A DNA stretch of 64,000 nt. Source: Leucoraja erinacea. Taxonomy: Eukaryota. This document shows, in pieces, positions 1 to 12,300 of this stretch. The position numbers were made by a program, and so were the translations under genes. A model generated the notes under the pieces. It was not told the DNA's origin. It saw nothing but the letters and a program-made list of their open reading frames with translations, and did no database searches. Each line of letters begins with the position of its first letter. Position 1 is the first letter of the stretch. Location: positions 41,230,001 through 41,294,000 of the forward strand of contig NC_073394.1 of assembly GCF_028641065.1 (NCBI RefSeq), in the 5' to 3' direction.

Positions 1-280
1 ATGACTCTGTGACTATGACTATGTGCTGCCAGGTTTGATACACAGTGGGTGGTGGGTGACTGGAACGCGCCGCCAGGGTTGGTGGTGGAGGCAGATACGA
101 CAGTGACGTTTAAGAGGCTTTTGGATAGACACATGGATATGCTGGCAATATAGGGATATGGGTTATGTACAGGTAGATAAGTGATGGTCTTGGCATCATG
201 TTCAGCACAGACATTGTGGGCTGAAGGGCCTGTTCCTGTGCTGTACTGTTCTATGTTCTATGTTTCAGCAAAAGCATTAC

Positions 281-370
281 CTTCCTGTTTTACTGCACTT
301 GGATTTTCCAGATTCCTTGCTTGATTTTCATCCTCATCGGGACTTCCTGTGGTGACATCTGTAACCGGCG
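281..370 (-). CDS. NCR3LG1: NCR3LG1-like cytoplasmic 90-bp repeat exon D ([31 protein letters not shown])
   Basis: tttaatacag|CG ... GAAG|GTAATG; phase 1-1; open. Confidence 0.72.
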
Positions 371-3300
371 CTGTATTAAAACACAAGAAGGAGTCTCACA
401 TGTAATGATGCCAACACTGCCTGAGAAAATGTATCCCAACACATTCCGAGAAGCTGGATCACAGGACTTGAACTTTTGTAGTTTCCCATCAATAATTTAA
501 GAGCTCAAAAGAGAAGCCTTAACCTGACTAAAGATCTGCAATTTGCTGCTGCAAAAGTTACGTACAATTGTTATTTAATTAAATACATCAATCTAGACAT
601 CAAAATTCCACTGATCCCGTCCCTGCTGTAAGCCAAATGTTTACTAGACTTCAGAATGTACATTTCTGGGCTATTCACACTGGACAAAATGTCTCTCTGT
701 CAACCCAGGGAATATAATATGAAACAATTCAGCAAGTATGCTTAGAGTCATAGAGTCATAGAGTGATACAACTTGGAAACAGGCCCTTCGGCCCAACTTG
801 CCCACATCGACCAACATGTCCTAGCTACACTAGTCCCAGTTACCCAGATTTGGTCCATATCTGTTTTGATATATGTTTGCTTACAAAATAAGTAAACTAG
901 CACATAATATACAGAGAAAGATGGCTGCACACTCACTTGTGTTTGGATCAAAACAGGAATGATTTATTTCCAAGTCAAAGGTCTTGACTGATTTACTAAG
1001 CATGTGCGAGAATGAGTACAGCTCATACGCATAAGTTACATGGATATTGTCACATCCTTTCCTTTTTGACGTTTTGGGATTACATTTCCAACGATCCAAA
1101 ACAAAGTAAACTTAAACACTTTTCATAATATTACACCGTAGTAATATGGTTTAACAACAAAATAAAACAACTGTTCTGTCTTATCTCACAATTTCAATCA
1201 TAGTCACACTTGTGACATTTCAATAACATAAAATAATGTTCACATGCTATCTTCTCATAAGCATGTAGGTACATCACAACAAAACACATTACTTTGTGAC
1301 ATACTCGCCGTACCTCTCCGCCGGTCCGACAGCTCTTCCTGCCCTAGTCTTTGTGATGGTGTTTCTTTCAAAAGTGTCTTCTTTTCAGTGTGTACATTCT
1401 GTGCATCACTTCTAGTTTCTTCTCTTGTGCCACTTTGTTTTTGTTTAGATTTCTCTGTGTTATGAGTTTCACAAGTTGCATCTTTTTCTGGTGATGCTTG
1501 TTGTGTTGGTATATTTTGTGTCAGCTGAGGTTGCAAAGGTTTCTCAGTCTTCTCCGCGACTGGTGGTTTCTCAGGAGTTATGTGTGGGGGTAGTTCTCCG
1601 GTCTTCTTCAGATCCACTCTCGTCGGATTAGAAGTCCTGACTCTCTCGACTTCGTATGATCTCTCATCCNNNNNNNNNNNNNNNNNNNNNNNNNNNNNNN
1701 NNNNNNNNNNNNNNNNNNNNNNNNNNNNNNNNNNNNNNNNNNNNNNNNNNNNNNNNNNNNNNNNNNNNNCTGCCATCTGGTATCTTCTAGTTTATAGGGT
1801 TTGAGTCTTACGACATCACCTTCTTCCAGGATTGGCAGATCCTTGGCATGTTGGTTGTAGATTTTTGACTGTTTTCCTTGCAAATCCTTCATCTTTTTCC
1901 TCTCTTCTGTGAGTATCTCAGCACCACGCGGTTTGAGGAGGTTTTGAACCCTCGGTTGAATTTGCTAGGACTTGGGGAAGCTTTATGCAACATTTTCACA
2001 CAATATAAATTGTCCCCTCTCCAACTGTTATAATAATTCTTTTACCTTCATAGGTGAAACGGACTTGACGACAAACAGGGACGGACTTGACGACAAATTC
2101 TTTGCAGCCCAGATTCTGTTTTGCTTTTTTTTCTAGTTTAGGGGGTTTTGTTTTTCTCTTTTTTCTCATTCTTTTTTTTCTTTTTATCTTTTTGTTTTTA
2201 TATATACAAGTTCTCTTTTAAACACTTAACTATATTTACATAGAGACCGGGAGGTCTATACTCAATGTGTATTTTGACACTGGACTCATATTTAGGTTCT
2301 ACTTGTTATTTATGTAATCCTGATCCCTATGTATCAATATCATTGTTATGTTTATCATTATTTTAATTTTATTTTTTTGTTTTGTTTTTGTTTTTGAAAA
2401 AAACGAATAAAAAGATTATAAAAGCCAAAAAAAGAGGTTAGATGTAGTTGGAAGTGTCTTTCTTGTTCTCCTTCCATGTAATCTTTGTTCCAGACTACTG
2501 TTCACTCCCTCAAGTCCCACTTTCTCCCATGGTTGAACTGGGAGGTCATGGGGCATCAGAGTTTCTTTCTGATTCTGTTGTTCGTGCGTCCTGCAGGCTT
2601 CACAGTTTGAAATGAACTGCTTCACATCAGAGTTCATTCCGGGCCAGAAAATGCATTCTCTAGCACGTATGGGGGTTCCTTCCACTCCCAGGTGAGAGAT
2701 GTGGAGTGTCTTCTTCATATCTTTGCGTAGAGTGACAGGGATTACAACTCTCTCTCCTGTGAATAATAGGCCGTCTTGCACACTCAACTCGTCTCTGACG
2801 TTGAAGTATGGTGGTGCTGCCTCTGGGACTTCTGCCTTGTGATCTGGCCATACATTTTGGATTACTCTCTTAACTGTTTGTAGTGTTTCATCTTCCCTGA
2901 TATGGGCTTGGATGCGTTTGACCTTGTCCTCTCCCATGCTCAAGGACTCAACTACGTTGACATCAGTGAATCTGGTTGATCCTGTGGTGTCAGGGAGGTA
3001 TGCTCGGGAGAACATATCTGCTAGATGCATGTCGTTTCCCTTTACCCACTTGATCTTGATGTCATAGTGTAGCATCCTCATCATCATGCCATGGAGACGT
3101 CTTGATCCTCTATGCAGAGGCTTTTTGACAATGACTTCCAACGGCTTGTGGTCACTCTGAATGATCACTCTCTGTCCGTAGGTTTTACTGATGGAAGCGC
3201 TGGAGGGCAAACACTATTGCTAGTGCCTCCTTCTCAATCTGAACATATCTCTGCTCGGTTGGCGTCAATGCTCGACTCACATAGGACAGTGGTTGTCCTT

Positions 3301-6300
3301 TCTGCATAAGTGTTGCACCTAGACCTGCCTTGCATCACATTGTATGGCCAGCTGTTCATCTGGTGTGTAGTATGCAAGGATAGGTGCCGTTGTCAACAGA
3401 TCCTTGATCTTTGACATTGCCATGTCATGTTCTGATGACCATTCCCACTCTGTTTCCTTGTGGGTCAATCGCGTCAAAGGCTCGAATGTGTCCGACAACA
3501 TTGGCAGGAATCTTGCCAAGTAGTTTACACTGCCTTGTAATCTTTGGATTTCTGTTGGATTGGTTGGGTTGGGCATCTCTAGGATAGCTTGGATCTTCTT
3601 CCGATCCGGTTCCAGGCCACGATCTGTAACTATATGTCCTAAATGTGATACACGTAGTTTTCACTGCCGACTTCTTCCGGTTCAGCTTGATCGCTCTGTC
3701 TCTGTATCGCTGAAGAAGATCTTGCAGTCTTGCTTCGTGATTCCTTTCTGCATCTTCTCTGGTGTCCCCTACTCCGAATAGGATGATGCATCTGCAACAC
3801 ATTCCATTCCCTTTCATCCTTCTAGTGCTTGTTGCAGCTTCTTCTGGATGATCTCTGCACTTACTTTCTGTCCAAATGGCCACCTCTTCCAACGATATCT
3901 CACAAAAGGAGTGTTCATGATTGTTAGGAAATTGCTCTCCTCATCTAGTTCGCAGTGGAGGTATCCTGACTTCAGATCGAATCTGGAGAAAATCTTTGCC
4001 TTGGACAGCTCAGGGAGTACATCCTCTATGATAAGTAGTCTGTGGATCTCCCTTTTCAGGACTTTGTTGAGGGGTCTAGGATCTATGCAGAACCTCAACT
4101 CTGTTCTGTTCTTTTACTCCGTGACGACCAGTCTGCTACACAACTCAGTTGGTTCTTCGACTTGAGTCAAGATGTCCTGCTCGACCAGCTTCATGAGACC
4201 ATTCATGACCTTCTCTTTCATGGCTACAGATACCGGCTTTGCAGGACACTGTGATGGGGTCACATCCTCCAACCTAGTTACCAACTTGACCTTGCCAGGC
4301 AGTCTCCCAGATCTTTCCTCATCAAAGATATCTTTGTAGCTCTTGAGTAATGAGCCAGCCTCGCTAACAGCATTCAGGCTCTTGAAGTTCTCGTAGTGAA
4401 CCGTGATGAGTTTCATCAGTTGTGCAGCTTTGTCGCTCTGGAGCGGTGTGAGCCAGCCTTTCTCTACCACTATGAAGTGAACATGGTACTTCCTGTTGTT
4501 CCTCTCTTTCCGGAGTATGACTTTCGTCCTACCTTCGGCCAGCAGGTTGGATCCGTTGTATATCTTTAAGATGATTTTCTCTCGTCTAATGTCCTCTTTG
4601 TTGGGTACAAGATCCTTGGGAATCACATTAACACTAGCACCAGAGTCAATCTGAAACATGATGGCTTCTGTGCCGACCTGCATCTCAGCGAGTAGGCCTG
4701 AAGAGGAATTGTTTCCAGCTGCATTGATCTCAATGCAACTCACAAACTCTGTGTCAGAAATGGACGTTGTGTCAGATGTCTCTACGACCTTGTGCAGACC
4801 CCGTTTCTGCATGCTCTCCTTCCTCTACGTGCAGCAGCAGGTGAAGTGGTTTTGTCGTCCGCATCTGTTGCAGTCCTTCCCATACGCTGGACATTCCTCC
4901 TTCCTACATTTGTATCCTTGCACAAAACTTACACTTGACTAGTCCCTGATTCTTCCTCTGCGTAGGAAAATCAACCATCTTTTCCCTCGGTTTGAATCGT
5001 TCCACCTTGTGTATTGTCAGCTCTTCGCCGATGACCTGCATTCTTGCTGCTGTTACCTCCGAGGATCTACATATGTCCACAATCCCCTGCAGTGTCAGAT
5101 TCCTCTTCTGAAGGAGTGGCTTCCTAGTTGACTGGTCCTCAATACCAATGATGATGCGATCTCGAATGAGGCTTTCACTCAGGCACTCAGAAGTTGCATA
5201 AACATAGCAAGCTACTTCAGCTCTGCAACATACGATTCAATGCTTTCCCCTGATTTCTGGTCTCGTTTATTGAAAATGAATCTTTCATACGTTTCATTCA
5301 TCTCTCCTATGATGATGGTCGACATCTTGTGGATGATGACTTTCACATCACAGATATCTGCTGCCGTTTCGAATGGCAGGGTACTGAAGATTCGCAGTCC
5401 TTCCGGTCCAACAGAATGCAGGAATATTGCTTTTTGATACAGTTTCTCTTTCCTATCCAGTTCTGTTATCACTGCATAATTTTCATATATATGTCTGCTT
5501 ACAAAATAAGTAAACTAGTACATAATATACAGAGAAAGATGGCTGCACACACACTCGTGTTGGGATCAAAAATAGGAATGATTTATTTCCAAGTCAAAGG
5601 TCACTGACTGACTTACTGAGCATGTGCAAGAATGAGTACAGCTCATGCGCATGAATTACATGGATATTGTCACAATATCCCTCCAAACCTGTCCATGTAC
5701 CTGTCGAACAGTGTCTTAAATTTTGTGATAGTCCCCGTCTTAACTACCTCCTCTGGCAGCTTGTTCCATACACCCACCAAAAAGTTATCCCTTAGATCTT
5801 TTCCCTTTCACCTTAAACCTATGTCCTCTGGTTCTCAATTCACCTAATCTGGGCAAGAGACTCTGTGCCCTCTCATGATCCTATACACCTCTGTAAGATC
5901 ATTCATCATCCTCCTGCACTCCAAGGAATAGAGTCCCAGAGTACACAACCTCTCCCTGTAGCCCACACCCTCTAGTGTTCCGCACTATGACTCTGTGACT
6001 ATGACTATGTGTGGGGCAGGTTTTATACACAGAGGGTGGTGGGTGGTAGGTGGTGGGTGACTGGAACGTGCTGCCAGGGGTGGTGGTGGAGACAGATACG
6101 ATAATGGCATTTAAGAGACTTTTGGATAGACACATGAATATGCTGGGAATAGAGGGATATGGGTTATGTGCAGGTAGCTAATTGATGGACTTGGCATCAT
6201 GTTCAGCAGAGACATTGTGGGCTGAAGGGCCTGTTCCTGTGCTGTACTGTTCTATGTTCAATATTTCAGCAAAAGCATTACCTTCCTGTTTTCCTGCACT

Positions 6301-9300
6301 TTGATTTTCGAGATTCTCTTTTTCCATTTTACCCTCATCGGGACTTCCTGTGGTGACATATGAATCCGGCGCTGTATTAAAACACAGCAACGTGACAACA
6401 ACTGAACTTGAATGCATGTAGTCCCACAAATTTCACATATTTTTGCATTGACTTGAATATTATGTATAACTAGACCAAGTGCAGACCCGTTGGGTCTGCT
6501 CCCCCAACGCAGCCATTCCCTACCCGTAGCCCCCACGGGAGACGTGGTCCTCCAGCTCAAGCGGCTCAAGAATCAGCAGTGCGGCTGTTTTTAAATGGCG
6601 TCTTTGAGGCGAGATGCGGGCGCCAGCAGCCGTTATGGTCGCCGGCCAGCAGGAGTCGACAAAATGAGTGAGTGGGGGTGGCAACCACAAGACAGGCAGA
6701 AAGCCAGCAACCAGCAAGCAGGCACACAGTTTTAATATGATATCGATATAGATAGATAGATATTTGCAGGGCATAACTAAATCTATATCATGTACAGTCT
6801 GCAGACAATGACTGGACATCAAATGCCACTGAAAGGCCAACAATACTCTGGATGCTTTGAGAAATGTCGTACCTTCACTTGCTCCTGCATTTTGGGTATC
6901 CTGCCTCTCTGTCTCCTGTTCACCTTCATCACAACTCCCTGTGGCAGCATCTGACTTGGGCACTGCATTTAAACAAATGAAAGTCTCTCAGATGTGATAA
7001 TGGCAACACAGCCTGAGACAAGGTATATGAGAAGCTGGATCACACCTCAAAGAACTTTATTATTCTTCCCCACAGTGAAGTCTTCATCTGCCAAAGGATC
7101 TGTATCTCACTCCTGCAGAAAATACCTTAAACTATTCTTTTCTTTGAACCTCATTTGACTTTAGACTTGAGAGACTCAGCCCTTTGGCCCATCGAGTCCA
7201 TGCTGACCAGTGACCAGTACACTAACGCTATCCTACACACTAATGACTATTTACAATTTTACTTTTACCAAACACAAATTAGGAGTGGCACGATGGAGCA
7301 GTGGACGAGTTGTTGCCTTACAGCGCCAGTGACCCGGGATCGATTCTGACTATGGACACTGTCTGTATGGAGTTTGTACATTCTCCCCGTGACCAAGTGG
7401 GTTTTCTCCGGCTGCTGTGGTTTGCTCCCGCACTCCATAGATGTACAGGTTTGTAGGTTAATTAGCTTTGGTACAAACTGTCCCTGATGTGTGGGATAGT
7501 GCTATGTATGGGGATCACTGGTCGGCACGGACTGGGGAAGCCTGGAATACAAGAGATATTGTGGTTCCGGCCGGAGAAAAGGAGGAGTGGACCAGGAAGA
7601 AGAACTGGGATCACGTGACTCCCTGGAGGAGCATCGGGATGTAGGAGTTACTTCAGAAGGAAATTAGAATGAGGAAGAGAAGGCATGAGATCACTTTGGC
7701 TGAGAAGATTAAGGAGAATGCAAAGAGTTTTTATAAGTATATGAAAGGGAATAGAGAATTGGATTAGTATAGGATGCAGAATTGGCCTGAAGTTCATAAG
7801 TTCTTGGAGCAGAATTAGGCCATTCAGCCCATCAGTATTCACTGCCATTCAATGATGAATGAAGCAGAGGGTGGTGGTGGAAAACACAAGCAACCGTAGA
7901 TGCTGGTTTACATAAACATGGACACAAAGTGCTGGAGTAAGTGGTTCAAGTAGCATCTGTGGAAAACATGGATATGTCATATGAGGAAAGATTGAAAAGA
8001 CTAGGCTTGTATTCACTGGAGTTTAGAAGGATGAGGGGCTCTCTTATAGAAAAATCTACAATTATAAAAGGACTGGACAAGCTAGATGCAGGAAAAATGT
8101 TCCCAATGTTGGGCGAGTCCAGAACCAGGGGCCACAGTCTTAGAATAAAGGGGAGGTCATTTGAAACTGAGGTGAGAAAAAACTTTTTCACCCAGAGAGT
8201 TGTGAATTTATGGAATTCCCTGCCACAGTGGGCAGTGGAGACCAAGTCACTGGATGGATTTAATAGAGAGTTAGATAGAGCTCTAGGGGCTAGTGGAGTC
8301 AAGGGATATGGGGAGAAGGCAGGCACGGGTTATTGATAGGGGACGATCAGCCATGATCATACTGAATTGCGGTGCTGGGTCAATGGATTGGATGGCCTCC
8401 TCCTGCACCTATTTCTATGTTTCTATGTAATCTTTCGGGTTGGAACCTTTTTTGGACTTGAGACCCTGTCTAGTGGTGTGCCTCCCATTGCTGTTTGTTA
8501 TCTACATCAATGATTTAGAAGAGAATGACAAGGCATTATTAGATATTACCTGAGGTAACTTTGAGGACTGTAGAGTGCATTTCAGACCAAGTGGCATCTG
8601 GAGTGTTTGATTTGTGTTCAATATTGATCTGAGCGGCATCGTCCATGGATAAATCAGGCTGCACCTTAATACAGCAGTGAATGCGTGAAAGACCTGGATG
8701 GATAGTTTGTAATTCAGGTGGAAAATCCAAGGGTGGAGGGGTTTGCTTCATGACCAACAACAACTGGTGCAACCATAAGGATATTAAGATGCTTTCCTGT
8801 TCCTGCTCGTCGGACCTGGAGTATCTGACGATCTCATGCCGTCCATTCTACCTTCCCCTGGAGTTCAGCAGAGTCATCATAACAGCGGTCTACATACCAC
8901 CGCATGTGGACACCGACACGGCACTATAGGTCCTACATAATGTGTTATGTCAGCATCAGAACAAGCATCCTGACACGGCTATGGTGGTGGCTGGGGATTT
9001 TCATTGGGCGAACCTCAAAAACATTATGCCTAACTTCTGCCAACTCATCACTTGTGTTTCCAGTGGGGAAAGAACTTTGGACCACTGTTACACACCGTTC
9101 AAGAAAGGATACAAGGCCGTTTCTCTCCCTCCTTTTGGAAAATCTGACCGCGCTGCCAATTTTCTGCTGTCGGAGTATAAACAACGGATAGTACGGGAAG
9201 TGGCAGTGACGAAGGACGTAAAGCGGTGGTCTGACCATTTAGAGGCCATGCTACAGGATGCACTGAGTGACGTTGACTGGAATATGTTCCACTCAGGTTC

Positions 9301-12300
9301 CAGATACGTCAGTGAGTTTGCGGAAGCTGTCACAGACTTCATAGCAACACTAGCCGACAACATCATCCCCATGGTAAGGGTTAGCATCTTTCCTAACCAA
9401 CAACCCTGGGTGGACAGGTCTATTCGCGTTGCTTTGAATAATCGCACCGCTGCTAACAACTCCGGCCTGGCATCCGGCAACATGGATGACTACAAGGCAG
9501 AGTCCTACAAACTGCGGAGGGCGGTGAAGGACGCAAAAAGCAGGTACAGGGACAGGATGGAGTTGCAGCTGGAGCAGCGTGACACCAGATGCCTTTGGCA
9601 GGGGCTACGGACTATAACAAATTACCAGAGCAGACCCACTCAACCGGGAGTGGCGGCACCTCGTTAGCTGATGACCTGAACTCTTTCTATGCACGATTTG
9701 AGGTGACAACATTATCCCTAGCTCGCCGGCTAACAACAACAACATCATCAACGCGCTGGCTAACACGGCTGGAGTGAGTTCCACCGCTGGGGATGTACAC
9801 ACATTCTCAGTGTCTGAGCACGACATGAGGAGGGCTCTGATGCATGTGAACACGAGGAAAGCTGTTGGCCCAGATGGTATATCTGGGCAAGTACTAAAGT
9901 AGCTAATCAGCTAGCTCCAGTGTTCACCACAATATTCAACCTCTCCCTGGCCAAGTCCGTGGTCCCTGCCTGTGATCCACTATTGTCCCATTGTCTAAGA
10001 ATGCCTCTCCAGCCTGCTTGATGACTACCGACCAGTAGCCCTCACCTCACTGGTCATGAAATGCTTTGAGAGACTGATGAAGAACTACATCTGCGCCTTC
10101 CTCCCTCGTACCATGGACCCGCTGCAGTTCGCATACCGTCCAAACAGATCCATGGATGATGCGGTCTCCCAGGTTTCACACACCACTCTCTCTCACCTTG
10201 ACAGCCAGAAGGGGGGCTATGTGACGATGCTGTTCATTGATTTCAGTTCAGCTTTCAACACCATAGTCCCCACCAGACTTGCTGAGAAGCTGCTGGAACT
10301 GGGACTGAACACTCCCCTGTGTGCCTGGGTCCTGGACTTTCTCACCGCCAGGCACCAGGTGGTCAAGATGGGGAGACATACCTCCAACCCCCACACCCTG
10401 AACACAGGATCCCCCCAGGGTTGTGGCCTCAGCCCCCTACTGTACTCCCTGTACACACATGACTGTGTGGCCAGGTTCAGCTCCAACTCCATCATCAAGT
10501 TTGCTGATGACACTGTGTTGGTGGGCCTGATCTTCGATAACGATGAGAAGGTTTACCTGGAGGAGGTGGCTGATCTGGCACTCTGGTGTCAGGACAACAG
10601 TCTCCTCTTGAATGTCACAAAAACTAAGAAGCTGATTATGGACTTTAGAAGGACACAACAACTGAGAACGTACACACCACTGGGGATTAATGGGACTACT
10701 GTGGATAGGGCGAGCAGCTGTAAATAAATACCTGGGAGTCCACATCACAGAGGATCTGACATGGACAACATTCATTGCCAAACTGGTGAGAATGGCAAGG
10801 CAGAGCCTTTACCACCTCAGGCAGCTGAGGAAATTCAGATACTCTCTGAGGATCCTTCATTCCTTCTACTCTGGTGCTGTAGAAAGCATCCTGCCAGATA
10901 CATCTCCATCTGGTTTGGCAACAGCTCTGCCCAGGACAGGAAGGCTCTGCAGAGAGTAGTGCGTTCTGCCAAACACACCACGGGAACTACATCCACCCCC
11001 CCCCTTCAGGACCTATACACCAGGAGGTGCAGATCCAGAGCCAGCAGGATCATGAAGGACCCCTACCACCCCAGCAACGGACTGTTCCAGCAGCTGCGGT
11101 CAGGCAAACGCCTCCGCTGTCACACTGCGAAAACAGAGAGGATGAGATGCAGTTCCTTCCCACAGGCCATTAGGACTGTAAACTCTGATCTCATGCTGTT
11201 GCATCTACTTTTTTAAATGTAAATACTGGTTATGTTCTGTTCTTTCGTGTTGTTTTGCACAATCCCGTAAGCATTGCCACCCTCATTTCACTGGACATCT
11301 TGTATGAGTATGTGACAAATAAAGTTGACTTGATGTTTCAGTAAAAGCATTACCTTCCCATTTTCCTGCACTTTGATTTTCCAGATTCATTGCTTGCCTT
11401 TCGCCCTCATCGGGACTAATGTAGCTGGGACATGTTGGCCGGTGTGGGCAAGGTGGGCCGAAGGGCCTGTTTCCAAGCTGTATCATTGTATGACTGTTTG
11501 ATTATGAATGGCCAATTTCTATAACCTATGAACTTATGAACATGGAGAAAACCCGCACAGTCACAGAGAGAACGTGCAAACTCCATACAGACAGCACCCG
11601 TGGTTTTGTGCTAATGTTTCTAAACTTGGTTTAAAAGTTCATCTAATTGTGTGTGTCGTGGGAAGAATAGGAATCTTGTATTCGATATAATTAATCACCA
11701 TAATCAATTACCTCGTGCAGTTTGTGAGCCCGTCTTGGCGATAAGTGGTGTACGGTTTGGGTCTTCAACGTCCGTTGTATTTACCTGTCCTGAACAACAT
11801 AAACAAGACAATTAGCCGGGAAACAAGCTGACCAGGTGCCAGTTTAAAAAGTATAAAAATACACAGATCAATTCCAGCTTTCTGGACAATATATCTTTCT
11901 CTGGAATGCCAGAGGTTGAGGGGAGATCTGATGGAAGTAAATAAAATGATGAGAGACATAGATAGGGTAGACAGTCAGAATTTTCACTTTTTTTGTTGAT
12001 TGCTATAAGATGGAAAAGCGTTTACCTTTAAATTTCTTCTTCCAGGTATAAAATGCTATGCACACAACACAGAGAAATATGCTGATGCCACAGATGCCTC
12101 CGATAATCAGTCCAGTTTTTCCACGTTCTGTTAAAACAGGCATAGATCTATGAAAACGTGAATAATAAATATACTAGGCCATTTACAACATTCATCAGAG
12201 ACACTAGAATCTGCAGATGTTGGAATCTTGAACAAAACACAAAGTGCTGGAGGACTCAGTGGGTCAGGCAGCATCTGTGGAGGGAACATCACCTCTCCAT

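Larger units (their letters stand above)
862..5674 (-). mobile_element. Ty3/Gypsy LTR retrotransposon, degenerate, both LTRs present
   Basis: LTRs 862-1054 and ~5485-5674 (TG..CA); 5-bp TSD ATATC (857-861, 5675-5679); PPT 1055-1067; gag, protease (IDSGASVN), RT ([20 protein letters not shown]), RNase H (CDA, SDHKPL) and integrase HHCC fragments with frameshifts; inserted in a CR1 3' end. Confidence 0.93.

Noticed and set aside
1255-1776. 173-aa ORF spanning Ns as a host gene
   Set aside because: It is the C-terminal tail of the Gypsy integrase across an assembly gap.
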